Below, piece by piece: positions 37,790-47,515 of a stretch of DNA of 64,000 nt. The stretch spans positions 2,237-66,236 of the forward strand of contig JAYQOO010000001.1 in assembly GCA_038144855.1 (NCBI GenBank). Reading direction: 5' to 3'. Made by a program: the position numbers and the translations under genes. Position 1 is the first letter of the stretch. Every line of letters begins with the position of its first letter. The notes under the pieces are model-generated. The model searched no databases, was not told the origin of the DNA, and saw only the letters and a list, made by a program, of their open reading frames with translations. This DNA is from Acidimicrobiia bacterium. Its GTDB lineage: Bacteria > Acidobacteriota > Vicinamibacteria > Vicinamibacterales > UBA2999.

Positions 37790-40300
37790 CTACTGAACGC
37801 TTGCCTTGGTGTTATCGGTCGTTGACGTTTCGGCTTCCACCCGGCGCATGCGGAACGCGTCGCTCTTGACCACGCCCAGGATGAAGGTGGAGATCTTGTA
37901 GTTCGACGCTTCGGCCTGCTTCGTGATCTGGCGGATCAGCGGCTGGTCGTAGTATTCGACGCGGCGGCCGAGCGAATAGGCCATCAGGTTCTCGGTGAAG
38001 TTGCGCACCAGCGGCGTCGGGCGCTTGGTCAGCGTGCTCACCAGCTCCGGCAGGGACGTCACCTTGGTGCCGTCGTAGAAATCGCCGGCGGTGTCGAGCG
38101 GCATGCCGTTCTCGCGCTGGCGCCACTTGGCGGTCACGTCGAAGTTGTCGAGCGCGAGGCCGATCGGGTCCATGAAGCGGTGGCACGAATTGCACGTCGC
38201 GCTCTTGCGATGCAGCTCCATTTTTTCGCGCGTCGTCAGCAGGCGGCCTTCGGTTGCTTCACCGGCGGCCTCGAGATCCGGCACGTTCGGTGGTGGTGGT
38301 GGCGGCGGCGTGCCCATCAGCACCTCCATCACCCACTTGCCGCGCAGCACCGGCGAGGTGCGATTGGCGAGCGAGGTCTGGACCAGCATGCTGCCCTGGC
38401 CAAGGATGCCGCGGCGATTGGCGTCCGGATAGGACACGCGCCGGAATTCGCGGCCAACGACGTTGTCGAAGCCGTAGTGGCGCGCCAGCCGTTCGTTCAC
38501 GAACGTGTAGTCGGCGGTCAGCAGTTCGAGCAGGCTGCGATCCTCGCGCACCAGGCTCTCGAAGAACATCTTGGTCTCGGTCCGCATCGCCTCGGCGAGG
38601 TTCTCGTCGAAGTTCGGGTAGAAGTTCGGATCGGGACGAACCTTTTCAATGTCCTGCAAGCGGAGCCACTGTGCCGCAAAGCGCGACGCCAGCGCCTCGG
38701 CGCGCGGATCGGCAAGCATGCGGCGGGCGTGCTTCTCGATGCCGGCAGCCGTCGACAATTCGCGACGCTGAGCCGCTGCGATCAGCTCCTTGTCCGGCGG
38801 CAGTCCCCACAGGAAGAACGAGAGCCGCGACGCCAGGTCGATGTCGGCCACACGGTAGGTGCCGCCGCTGCGCGCGTCGGTCGGGGCGCGCTCCAGGCGG
38901 AAGATGAAGTGCGGGCTTGCGAGCACCGTTTCAACGGCGTTGCGAATGCCCTGCTCGAAGCCGCCCTTGGCGGCGCCTGACTCGTAGAACGGCATCAGGC
39001 GATCGATTTCCTGGCTGGTCAGCGGACGCCGGTAGGCGTCGCCGCCAAGCTTCGAGATGATCTGACGCGCGCAGGCCGGCTCGTCGGCCTTTGACGTCGG
39101 GCGGCAGGTGAAGATCTTCTGGCGGCTGGCGGTATTGGAAATGCCCACGGCCTTGATCGGGCCGCGGATCACGAGGTCCGCCATGTGCGGCAAGGTGGTG
39201 ATGCCGCTGCCGCCCGACCCGCCGCCCGCATACGACCATTCGTGCGGCTTGATCAGGTCTTCGTACGGTCCGTCGATCTTGCGCACGAACGCGGCGGCGA
39301 TCTTGTGTTGGCCGGCCTTGACGAAGATCGGCTCGGTGCGGTGCGGCGTCTGGCCGCGCCCGTCGGCGCCGGCGACGTTCAGCAATTCGTATTCGACCAG
39401 CGCCACGCGCTGGCCGTCGATCGACACATCGATCGACTCGAAGCGCGTGTTCTCGCCCGAGTTGAACGTCATCTCGAACTGGTATTCGCCGTCGGCGGGA
39501 AACACGTGCGTGACCACCATGCCGCCGCGCGTGCCATAGGGCGCGCCGGGCACGCGATCCCAGGGGTGCTGCGATGCGTAGGTCGAGTTGGTGTAGGTGT
39601 GATCGATCAGCGGCGCGTTCTTGTCGCCGACCGCAAGGCGGCTGATGTCCGCGGCCGCGTTCAGGTACGCCTCGAGCAGCGTCGGCGACAGCGCCTGTTC
39701 ATCGGCGATGTTGTCGAAGTTGGCGCTCATGGTGTCGTTGGGCAACCACTCCGACGAATCGACGTCGAGCGCCAGCAGATCCTTGATCGCACGCGCGTAC
39801 TCGGGACGGTTCAGGCGCTGGAACGGACGGCCACCGGGATTCGGGTTGGCCTTGGCGTGCGCATCGATCGACGTCTCAAGCGTGTTGATGAACGCCGCGT
39901 ACTTGGCGGGTTCCGGCCGCGGCATTCCCGGCGGCGGCATCATGCTCGCCTGCAGTTTGCGGATCATCCGCTCCGCCACATCCGCGTGCTCGCTGAGCTT
40001 GGCCATGTCGAACGACGACAAGGTCAAGTTGCCGGCGCGTTCCTTGTTGCGATCGTTGTGACAGTTGACGCAGTACTGCTTGACGAGAGCGTTGTTATCG
40101 GCCACCGAAGCCGCAGCCGTCTGCGAAGCCACTGGCTTGGTTGTTGGTGCAGCCGACGTTTTTGCGGCCACAGCCTGCGGCTTTGCAGCAGGTGCGACGA
40201 CAGCCTGCGGCTTTGCGGCTGGTGTTTGTGCCGCGAGTGCTGTGACGAGTGCAAGAACTGCCGATGCAGTTCCTAGCGAAACAATGCCGGCGCTTTTCAT
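37790..40300 (-). CDS. DUF1592-containing (Planctomycete-type PSCyt/PSD domains) diheme c protein
   Basis: CVNCH and CNSCH; RLNRPEY, LASRLSFFLW, FAAQWL, RTSPVLRGKW; start may be 40315. Confidence 0.88.
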   Translation of the reverse strand: MKSAGIVSLGTASAVLALVTALAAQTPAAKPQAVVAPAAKPQAVAAKTSAAPTTKPVASQTAAASVADNNALVKQYCVNCHNDRNKERAGNLTLSSFDMAKLSEHADVAERMIRKLQASMMPPPGMPRPEPAKYAAFINTLETSIDAHAKANPNPGGRPFQRLNRPEYARAIKDLLALDVDSSEWLPNDTMSANFDNIADEQALSPTLLEAYLNAAADISRLAVGDKNAPLIDHTYTNSTYASQHPWDRVPGAPYGTRGGMVVTHVFPADGEYQFEMTFNSGENTRFESIDVSIDGQRVALVEYELLNVAGADGRGQTPHRTEPIFVKAGQHKIAAAFVRKIDGPYEDLIKPHEWSYAGGGSGGSGITTLPHMADLVIRGPIKAVGISNTASRQKIFTCRPTSKADEPACARQIISKLGGDAYRRPLTSQEIDRLMPFYESGAAKGGFEQGIRNAVETVLASPHFIFRLERAPTDARSGGTYRVADIDLASRLSFFLWGLPPDKELIAAAQRRELSTAAGIEKHARRMLADPRAEALASRFAAQWLRLQDIEKVRPDPNFYPNFDENLAEAMRTETKMFFESLVREDRSLLELLTADYTFVNERLARHYGFDNVVGREFRRVSYPDANRRGILGQGSMLVQTSLANRTSPVLRGKWVMEVLMGTPPPPPPPNVPDLEAAGEATEGRLLTTREKMELHRKSATCNSCHRFMDPIGLALDNFDVTAKWRQRENGMPLDTAGDFYDGTKVTSLPELVSTLTKRPTPLVRNFTENLMAYSLGRRVEYYDQPLIRQITKQAEASNYKISTFILGVVKSDAFRMRRVEAETSTTDNTKASVQ

Positions 40301-40460
40301 TACGAACGACCCCACACGCGTACGAACAGCGATGGCCGCTGCAGAGCTAAATCAGCGACCCGTCTGAATCAGCGGAAAATATACACCCAATCGCCGCTAA
40401 GCATAGATGGTGCAAGAAGATATGACCTTTCGTGACATTCGTACACAAGAGGTTCGTGCA

Positions 40461-40493
40461 AAAGAAAACGGGCGTTTAGGCTAAACGCCCGTT
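40461..40493 (-). terminator. Intrinsic terminator
   Basis: AACGGGCGTTTA/TAAACGCCCGTT stem with U tract on minus strand. Confidence 0.75.
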
Positions 40494-40536
40494 CAAATTA
40501 TGGATATAGGCCTGTTCTGGATGGATCCGGCGGCCT

Positions 40537-41325
40537 TTACTTCTTGGTCGCCGTCATCGCCGAGGGCGACGAGAACTTGATCGTGTTGCCGTCGACCATG
40601 CCGGTCCACTTCTGAGTCCCGGCCGTAATGGTGATTTCTGCGCCCTTCAGGCGGCCCTGGACTGCCTCGTTGCCCAGTGTGCCCGACAGCATCTGGAAGT
40701 TCTGCGTCAGCGTCAGGGCGCCGTTCGGGGTGTTCCAGGTGCCGGCGACCTTCGCGGGCACGATCCAGAACAGCGCCGTACACCAGCTGCTCGAGCAGCC
40801 ATCGGTGATCGTGGCGGTTTCGTCCGCCTGCCAGTCTTCCATCGTGAACGTGTTCGACGCGATGCGCGTGCCCGGCTTCATGTCGAGAATCTTCGGGCGC
40901 AGCTTCATGTTGATCGACGGCAACAGGAACATCGTCACGACCGTCGCCTTCGAGAAGTCGGTCTCGAACAGGTCGGCCTTCACGAACGTGGCGCGATCGG
41001 CGACGCCGGCAGCCTTGGCGTTGTTCTGTGACAGCGTCACCATGTCCGGGTTGTACTCAATGCCGAACGCGCGCGCGCCGCGCTTCGCCGCGGTGATCAC
41101 GGTACGGCCGTCGCCCGACCCCAGGTCGTAGTGAATGTCGTCCTTGGTGATCTTCGCCATGTCGAGCATCTTGTCGACCACCGCCTGCGGCGTCGGCACC
41201 CACACCACGTCCTTGCCCGCCTGGCCCACCTGGGGCTCGAACGGCTTCTGGTCGGTGCCCTGCGCAAACGCCACGTTCGCCGTGAAGGCAACCATGACCG
41301 AAAGAACTGCAATACGTCTCATCAT
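40537..41325 (-). CDS. Class I SAM methyltransferase (FAM173-like) with signal peptide
   Basis: AFA-Q cleavage; KDVVWVPTP, YDLGSGDGR, GIEYNP, PGTRIASN. Confidence 0.88.
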   Translation of the reverse strand: MMRRIAVLSVMVAFTANVAFAQGTDQKPFEPQVGQAGKDVVWVPTPQAVVDKMLDMAKITKDDIHYDLGSGDGRTVITAAKRGARAFGIEYNPDMVTLSQNNAKAAGVADRATFVKADLFETDFSKATVVTMFLLPSINMKLRPKILDMKPGTRIASNTFTMEDWQADETATITDGCSSSWCTALFWIVPAKVAGTWNTPNGALTLTQNFQMLSGTLGNEAVQGRLKGAEITITAGTQKWTGMVDGNTIKFSSPSAMTATKK

Positions 41326-42521
41326 CGAAGTGTCTCCGTAACGCGGTACAAGTAAGAGTCGGTTCTCAAGAACAACGAACCGCTGGATATACCCATCGAG
41401 GCCAGCAAGCCGCCATCCAGCGTATTGACGGCCAGCCTCCGAAATTCCCGGCCCGGCGCGATCACGACGGTCGCGCCCTGCTCAGCCAAAAAGTATATGC
41501 GCCCGTCGGCAAAAACGGGTGACGCGGAATACGTCCCGCCCAGCCGCTGCTGCCAGACCAGCGCTCCGGTACGCGCATCAATACAGGTGGCAATGCCGCC
41601 ATCGTTTACCACGTACAGCTCATCACCTACGATCAGCGGTGACGGCGTCAGGGGCGCGCCGCGCTTGAGCGACCACGCCACGTGGGTCCTGGTCACGTCG
41701 CCCTTGCCATCAGGGCGCACGGCCAGGAGTTCCGGCTGCTGAAAACCCGTCGCAATGTAGACCAACCCGTGCGCAAACACCGGGCGGGGCACGTTCGAAA
41801 ACCCTTCGTCGTAGCGCACCCGCCAGATCTCCTTGCCGGTCAGCGGCTCGTAGGCACGTGCGCGAAATGCCCCGACGCTGATCAGTTGATCCTGATCGCC
41901 GACGCGGATCACAAGTGGTGTCGTGTAGGCCTGGTCCGCCGGGTAGCCGCGGTTGGTCTTCCAGCTGGTCTTGCCGGTGAGCTTGTCGAGCGCGATCACA
42001 AACGCGGCGTCACTGCCGTCACAACTGAAGATCAGCAGGTCACCATGGATGATCGGCGATCCGCCGGCGCCATGTTGCGACTGGTACTCGAAGCGGTTCT
42101 TCCAGATGATCTCGCCGCTCCACGTCAGCGCCGCCGTGCCATCGGCGCCGAAATGCACGTAGACGCGGTCGCCGTCGATGATCGGCGTCGGTGACGCCCA
42201 GCTGTTCTTCGGATTGATGTCGCGCCGATCGTACGGAATCTTGAAGACTTCGACGTCGACCACTTGCTGCCCGGTCTCGATGTCGTACGCCAGCGCGCGC
42301 AGCGAGATGCCCTTCTGTTCCACCGCGGTCGTGATCCACACGCGGCCGTTGGCGATCACCGGCGAGGACCAGCCGAGCCCCGGCACCTTGGTCTTCCACG
42401 CGATGTTCTGCGTTTCGCTCCAGGTCAGTGGGAGTCCGCGCTCGCTTGAATGCCCCTGGCCATCAGGCCCTCGAAAGGCCGGCCACTGGATCAGCAGCGC
42501 CAGGATGAGAAGGCTCTTCAT
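41322..42521 (-). CDS. PQQ-binding-like (BamB-type) beta-propeller protein
   Basis: WPAFRGP, GWSSPV, ASPTP, SASPV repeats. Confidence 0.85.
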   Translation of the reverse strand: MKSLLILALLIQWPAFRGPDGQGHSSERGLPLTWSETQNIAWKTKVPGLGWSSPVIANGRVWITTAVEQKGISLRALAYDIETGQQVVDVEVFKIPYDRRDINPKNSWASPTPIIDGDRVYVHFGADGTAALTWSGEIIWKNRFEYQSQHGAGGSPIIHGDLLIFSCDGSDAAFVIALDKLTGKTSWKTNRGYPADQAYTTPLVIRVGDQDQLISVGAFRARAYEPLTGKEIWRVRYDEGFSNVPRPVFAHGLVYIATGFQQPELLAVRPDGKGDVTRTHVAWSLKRGAPLTPSPLIVGDELYVVNDGGIATCIDARTGALVWQQRLGGTYSASPVFADGRIYFLAEQGATVVIAPGREFRRLAVNTLDGGLLASMGISSGSLFLRTDSYLYRVTETLR

Positions 42522-42691
42522 GCCGGGACGGCCTCACCTGTCGCGGGCGGCAGCGTGAAGGAGAACGTCGCGCCGGCGCCCGGCTTCCCTTCCGCCGATG
42601 CCGCGCTCATGCCCGCCAACGCCAGCGGCAGCCGCGTCGACATCAGCAGCGGAATCTTGACCGCGAGCGACTGGCGACGCGAGATCGGCAT
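42518..42691 (-). pseudogene. Histidine kinase remnant (N- and C-termini only)
   Basis: 57 aa: SLAVKIPLLM.. joined in frame to AEGKPGAGATFSFTLP, the terminal strand of HATPase_c. Confidence 0.7.
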
Positions 42692-42715
42692 GGGCGATAA
42701 GCCTACAATGTTCGC

Positions 42716-43915
42716 GTGCCGTATCGCTGGGTAATGCTGGGGCTCGCCGCGGCGGCCATGGTGGGGACCTTGCCCGGTCGAACGCAGGGACTTGGGCTCG
42801 TCACCGAGCCGCTGTTGCAGGATCTGCAGATCGGTCGCGTCGACTATGCGCAGGTCAATCTCTACGCCACGCTGATCGGGTCGCTGTTCGCGATCGGCAT
42901 CGGCCGCTTCATTGATCAGTTGGGGACACGCATCGTGCTGACCACGGTCGTGGTGGCACTCGGCATCGTCGTGATCGCGATGAGTCGCGTCACGTCGTTC
43001 TGGGGACTGGCGACCACCATCACGCTGACGCGCGGACTCGGCCAGAGCGCATTGTCGGTCGTCAGCCTGACCATGATCGGCCATTGGTTTGCGACCAACA
43101 CAATCGATAAGGGCATGGCGATTTATTCCATCGTCATGAGCATTGGCTTCATGATCGCGTTCCCGGTCGTCGGCGGCCTCGTGCAGTCCTGGGGCTGGCG
43201 CCCGGCGTGGTTCGCGATCGGTGCGACCTTGCTGATCGCGCTGGCTCCTGCCGCGTTGTTGCTTTCAAGAAGACACGAAGTGCACGCGGTCGAGGATGCG
43301 CCGGCTCTGCATGGAATGCTCTGGCAAGAGGCGCTCTCCACTCCCGCATTCTGGATGTTCTCGGTGGGCGCCGCGATGTACGGACTGGTGGCATCCGGTA
43401 TTGGCCTGTTCAACGAATCAATTCTTCTCGAGCGCGGGTTCGGGCCCGACGTGTTCTACCAGACCCTCATCGTCACGGCTCTGACCGCGCTGATCGGCAA
43501 CTTCGGCGGCGGCTGGCTTGCCACGCGCATGTCGCTAACGAACCTTCTCGCCATCTCGATGTTCGTGCTCGCGCTCGGTCTCGCCGTGCTGCCGCATGTA
43601 TCGTCGATCGTGCAGGTGATGGGGTGGGCGACTGCGATGGGCCTGGGCGGCGGTCTGGTGATGGTGTTGTTCTTCAGCGTGTGGCCGCGTGTTTACGGTC
43701 GCGCCCACCTTGGGCGCATCCAGGGCGCGGCGCAGGCGATGACGGTTCTCGCGTCCGCCATTGGTCCCCTGCTGCTGGCGTGGTGTGTCGAGTGGACCGG
43801 CAGCTACGCGGCCATGTTCAACATCCTCGCCGCGATCATCGGCGCACTCGCCTTCGCCGCGATGTTCACGCCGCTGCCTTCTGCGGTTCCCGTGAATAAC
43901 GAAGTGTCTGAATAG
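42716..43915 (+). CDS. MFS transporter
   Basis: ~12 TM; GRFIDQLGTR; YGRAHLGRIQG. Confidence 0.88.
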   Translation: MPYRWVMLGLAAAAMVGTLPGRTQGLGLVTEPLLQDLQIGRVDYAQVNLYATLIGSLFAIGIGRFIDQLGTRIVLTTVVVALGIVVIAMSRVTSFWGLATTITLTRGLGQSALSVVSLTMIGHWFATNTIDKGMAIYSIVMSIGFMIAFPVVGGLVQSWGWRPAWFAIGATLLIALAPAALLLSRRHEVHAVEDAPALHGMLWQEALSTPAFWMFSVGAAMYGLVASGIGLFNESILLERGFGPDVFYQTLIVTALTALIGNFGGGWLATRMSLTNLLAISMFVLALGLAVLPHVSSIVQVMGWATAMGLGGGLVMVLFFSVWPRVYGRAHLGRIQGAAQAMTVLASAIGPLLLAWCVEWTGSYAAMFNILAAIIGALAFAAMFTPLPSAVPVNNEVSE

Positions 43916-43977
43916 CCGTTTCTATTTGACATCCAGGTAGAGCAGTTCTTGATGAGAGTCGCGTCGCGTGACGACGC

Positions 43978-44011
43978 TTGGGTGTCACCATCACAATTGA
44001 TACAATTGTCA
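43978..44011 (+). promoter_or_regulatory. Putative sigma-70 promoter with overlapping palindrome
   Basis: TTGGGT-N17-TACAAT with TG extension; TCACAATTG-ATA-CAATTGTCA. Confidence 0.5.
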
Positions 44012-44072
44012 CTGGCTCTCGAGCACTTGCCCGCCTCTTGACCTTCGGAAACTCTGGAAACGAAAGCATTCA

Positions 44073-45764
44073 ATGAAGACCACTCCTGCCGGCGACGCAA
44101 CCGGTTTTGCCGCGCTCGGCCTTACTCCGTCCCTCGTCTCCGCCGTCGCCGCACTCGGTTACGAAGAGCCAACACCTATTCAAGGCGAAGCGATTCCCGT
44201 GCTGCTGTCTGGCGCCGACATGCTCGGCCAGGCCGCGACCGGCACGGGCAAGACCGCGGCGTTTGCGCTGCCGTTGCTCGACAAGCTCGTGAAGGGCGGA
44301 AAAGGCAGCCGCGGCAAGGTGCAGGCGCTGGTGCTCGTGCCGACGCGCGAGTTGGCCATGCAGGTCGCTGAAGCGCTGCACAAGTACGCGAAAGGCTCGA
44401 ACCTGAATGTGGTGCCGGTGTACGGTGGCGCGCCGATGGATCATCAGATCCGCGCGCTGCGTCGCGGCACTGAAGTCGTGGTCGGCACGCCCGGGCGCGT
44501 GCTCGATCACATCCGGCGTCAGACGCTCGACTTGAGCTTGGTGCAGGTGCTTGTGCTCGACGAAGCGGACGAGATGCTCGACATGGGCTTCTCTGAAGAC
44601 ATCGACGCGATCGTCGCCGAGACGCCGGATACGCGACAGACCGCGCTCTTCGCCGCGACCTTTGCGCCGCGCATCATGTCGATTGCCGGTCGGCACCTGA
44701 AGAATCCGAAGAAGGTGCAGATCGCCCAGGAGAAACGCGCGCCCGGAAAGCTGCCGCGCATTCGCCAGACCGCCTACATCGTCGGCAAGGGACAGAAGAT
44801 CGCGGCGCTCAACCGCATTCTCGACTTCGAAAGCCCAAAATCGGCGATCGTGTTCTGCCGGACGCGTCTTGAAGTCGATGAGCTCACCGACACGCTGAAC
44901 GCGCACGGCTACGGCGCGCAGTCGCTGCACGGCGGACTGGTGCAGAAGCAGCGCGATCGCATCATGCAGATGTTCCGCACGGAGAAGGCTGACATCCTTG
45001 TCGCTACCGACGTGGCCGCGCGCGGCCTGGACATCGATCACGTCTCGCACGTGATCAACTTCGACCTGCCAACTGCCGCCGAAGTGTACGTGCACCGCAT
45101 CGGCCGCACCGGACGCGCCGGTCGTGAAGGCGTCGCAATCACCCTGATCTCTCCGCGTGAACAGCGCTTTCTGCAATTCGTCGAGCGCCTGACCAAGCAG
45201 AAAGTTGAAATCGGCAAGCTGCCAAGCGAAGCCGACCTGCGCAAGCGCCGCCTCGAGGCCGCAAAGGACACGGTGCGCACGCGCATTGCCGCCGGCGATC
45301 TCGATGAGATGCGCGAACTCGTCGCATCGCTCGCCGAAGAGTTCGACATCATGGATGTTGCCGCTGCCGCCGTGGCACTCGCAAATGCGGAAGCCGACAA
45401 ACCCGCACCGATCGAAGAGATCGTGTCAATCGAGCCTCACGGCGAACGCCGCGACCGGCCGGGGCGGTTCGACCGCCCTGAACGATCCGACCGTTCCGAA
45501 CGCGTGTCAGAGCGGCTCTCCGGTCGGATGACCTTGCTGAGGATCAGCGTCGGTAAGGAAGAGAGCGTGCGGCCCGCAGATCTCGTCGGCGCGATCGCCG
45601 GAGAAGCCGGCATCCCGTCACGCGTGATCGGCGGCATCAAGATCCACGACGACTACTCGCTGGTTGAAGTGCCGGAGGAACTGTCGGAGCGGATCATCGA
45701 GGCGCTGCGCCGCACCAAGATCCGCGGCAACAAGGTGACGATCCAGTCGAAGCCATCGAGGTAG
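44073..45764 (+). CDS. deaD: DEAD-box RNA helicase with DbpA RNA-binding domain (DeaD/CsdA-like)
   Basis: ATGTGKT, PTRELA, DEAD, ARGLD, HRIGRTGR; motif III reads AAT; PADLVGAIAGE. Confidence 0.88.
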   Translation: MKTTPAGDATGFAALGLTPSLVSAVAALGYEEPTPIQGEAIPVLLSGADMLGQAATGTGKTAAFALPLLDKLVKGGKGSRGKVQALVLVPTRELAMQVAEALHKYAKGSNLNVVPVYGGAPMDHQIRALRRGTEVVVGTPGRVLDHIRRQTLDLSLVQVLVLDEADEMLDMGFSEDIDAIVAETPDTRQTALFAATFAPRIMSIAGRHLKNPKKVQIAQEKRAPGKLPRIRQTAYIVGKGQKIAALNRILDFESPKSAIVFCRTRLEVDELTDTLNAHGYGAQSLHGGLVQKQRDRIMQMFRTEKADILVATDVAARGLDIDHVSHVINFDLPTAAEVYVHRIGRTGRAGREGVAITLISPREQRFLQFVERLTKQKVEIGKLPSEADLRKRRLEAAKDTVRTRIAAGDLDEMRELVASLAEEFDIMDVAAAAVALANAEADKPAPIEEIVSIEPHGERRDRPGRFDRPERSDRSERVSERLSGRMTLLRISVGKEESVRPADLVGAIAGEAGIPSRVIGGIKIHDDYSLVEVPEELSERIIEALRRTKIRGNKVTIQSKPSR

Positions 45765-45829
45765 CGAGTCAACGCCCGCGCATCGATCCGGCCACCACAA
45801 CGCGGGCAGACTGGCTATACTTGCGCGCT

Positions 45830-46633
45830 ATGCGTGCATACGTCGTCGCTGGATTGCTGTGTGTCACGGCACTTGGTGCCACGGCCCAGGATCACCTGGC
45901 CACCCTTGGCATCTCGGAAGGCCGCGCCAAAGAGGCGGTCTTCGACTCCTTCATGTCAGATGCGGTCTCGATTGCCGGCAAACCGGCCGCCTTTCTCGGC
46001 CTCTCGCCGACGGCCCGGGCCGCGATGACGACGTTTGCCCTGAACCTGGCGCGGACCTTTACGGAGAGCGAGGACTTCAAGCGCCGCTACGCCGATCATC
46101 GGGAAGCCAACGGGCCCGAGCCCCTGCCCGAGGAGCAGACGGCTGACACCATCTTCAAGAAGCAGCGCGACGGCTTCGAGAACCAGGTCGCCGAGATGCG
46201 CAAGCTATTCGACCAGATCACGCCCGAACAGCGGGCGACGCTCGAAGCCGGGTGGGCCGACATGCGGAAGCAACTCGACGAGATGGAAAAGGGGGATCGC
46301 CGCAAGCAGATCGACGCGGCGCTTCGTGAGGAGCGGGCCGCGCAGGTCCGCAGCCGCGCCGAAGCCATGACGCAGTTCGAGCAGGCGTTCCCGGCCGACC
46401 CCCGGGCGCTCGTTGCCATGCGACTCCGCCACTTCCTGCAGGCAACAGCGGACGTCAATTACGCGGCGACCCTGACCGACAAGGACAAGAAGAAGGTCTT
46501 TGCCGACCCCGATCTGGAAGCCAAGCCCGCCGAGTGGAAGATGGCGTTTCGGGCAGGAAAGCCCGCCTCTGACGCGGCGCGCGCTTTTGCGCAAAAGTGG
46601 CTCGCCGACCTCCAGGCACAAGGGGTCAAATGA
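45830..46633 (+). CDS. Hypothetical secreted helical protein
   Basis: Signal peptide, coiled-coil middle, typical codon use. Confidence 0.75.
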   Translation: MRAYVVAGLLCVTALGATAQDHLATLGISEGRAKEAVFDSFMSDAVSIAGKPAAFLGLSPTARAAMTTFALNLARTFTESEDFKRRYADHREANGPEPLPEEQTADTIFKKQRDGFENQVAEMRKLFDQITPEQRATLEAGWADMRKQLDEMEKGDRRKQIDAALREERAAQVRSRAEAMTQFEQAFPADPRALVAMRLRHFLQATADVNYAATLTDKDKKKVFADPDLEAKPAEWKMAFRAGKPASDAARAFAQKWLADLQAQGVK

Positions 46634-46696
46634 CCCTGAGATAGCCCTTGCCGCATCCATGCAAAGGGCGTATGGTCTCCGGTGCGAGGAGCATTC

Positions 46697-47515
46697 ATGG
46701 ATCTAAATCGCAGAGCATTCATCGCCACTCTCGGTGGCACGGCCGCCGTGGCCATGATGGATTCCGAGGCCAAGGCTGACGCGCTCGAGCACTACATGGA
46801 AGAGCAGCTCGACGAGCAGGTCGCGGCTGCGCAAGGCCAGCCCGAGAAGTTCCCGACCGTCGCCGACATCGAAGCACAGATCGAAACGCGCAACTACCGG
46901 CGCGGCGTTGGCAGCCTGTTCGTCTCGACGCGCGGCAACGTCAAGAAGCTCGAGCCGATGCCGAAGAATCCGACCCTCCAGGATTTCTTCCGCCTCCGCT
47001 TCGCACCGGCCAATCACGTGCTACAGAGCGCGACGCGCGCCATGAAGACCGGGATGACCGAGGAAGTCATCCTCGCCTGCCTGCTGCACGACTGCGTGTT
47101 GAACCTGATCAAGCCGGATCACGGCTGGTGGGGGGCGCAGCTGTTCGAGCCGTATATCCCGGAAAAGTCGACGTTCGCGATCCGCTATCACCAGACGCTG
47201 CGCTTCTATCCAGATGCAGAGGCCGGCTACGAGTATCCGGATCTCTACTACCGCTTCTTCGGCGAAGACTACAAGCCGCCACAGCACATCGAGGCGACCT
47301 ACAAGATGCTCCGCAACCACAAGTGGTACATGGAGCCGCGACTGGTCACGGTCAACGACCTCTATGCATTCGACCCGAATGCGAAGGTGTCGCTGGATCC
47401 GTTCGAAGACATCATCGGGCGCCACTTCAAGACACCGAAGGAAGGGCTTGGGAACGACAACTCGCCGAGCGCGCACATGTGGCGCACGCTTGCCAATCCC
47501 GATGCGCCTCTCTAG
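46697..47515 (+). CDS. HD-domain protein (PhnZ-like) with twin-arginine N-terminus
   Basis: NRRAFI; HVLQSATRA..LACLLHD..DHG..YH..ND. Confidence 0.7.
   Translation: MDLNRRAFIATLGGTAAVAMMDSEAKADALEHYMEEQLDEQVAAAQGQPEKFPTVADIEAQIETRNYRRGVGSLFVSTRGNVKKLEPMPKNPTLQDFFRLRFAPANHVLQSATRAMKTGMTEEVILACLLHDCVLNLIKPDHGWWGAQLFEPYIPEKSTFAIRYHQTLRFYPDAEAGYEYPDLYYRFFGEDYKPPQHIEATYKMLRNHKWYMEPRLVTVNDLYAFDPNAKVSLDPFEDIIGRHFKTPKEGLGNDNSPSAHMWRTLANPDAPL

Noticed and set aside
43926-43954. TTGACA as the helicase -35
   Set aside because: No good -10 at 16-18 bp; the downstream extended -10 fits better
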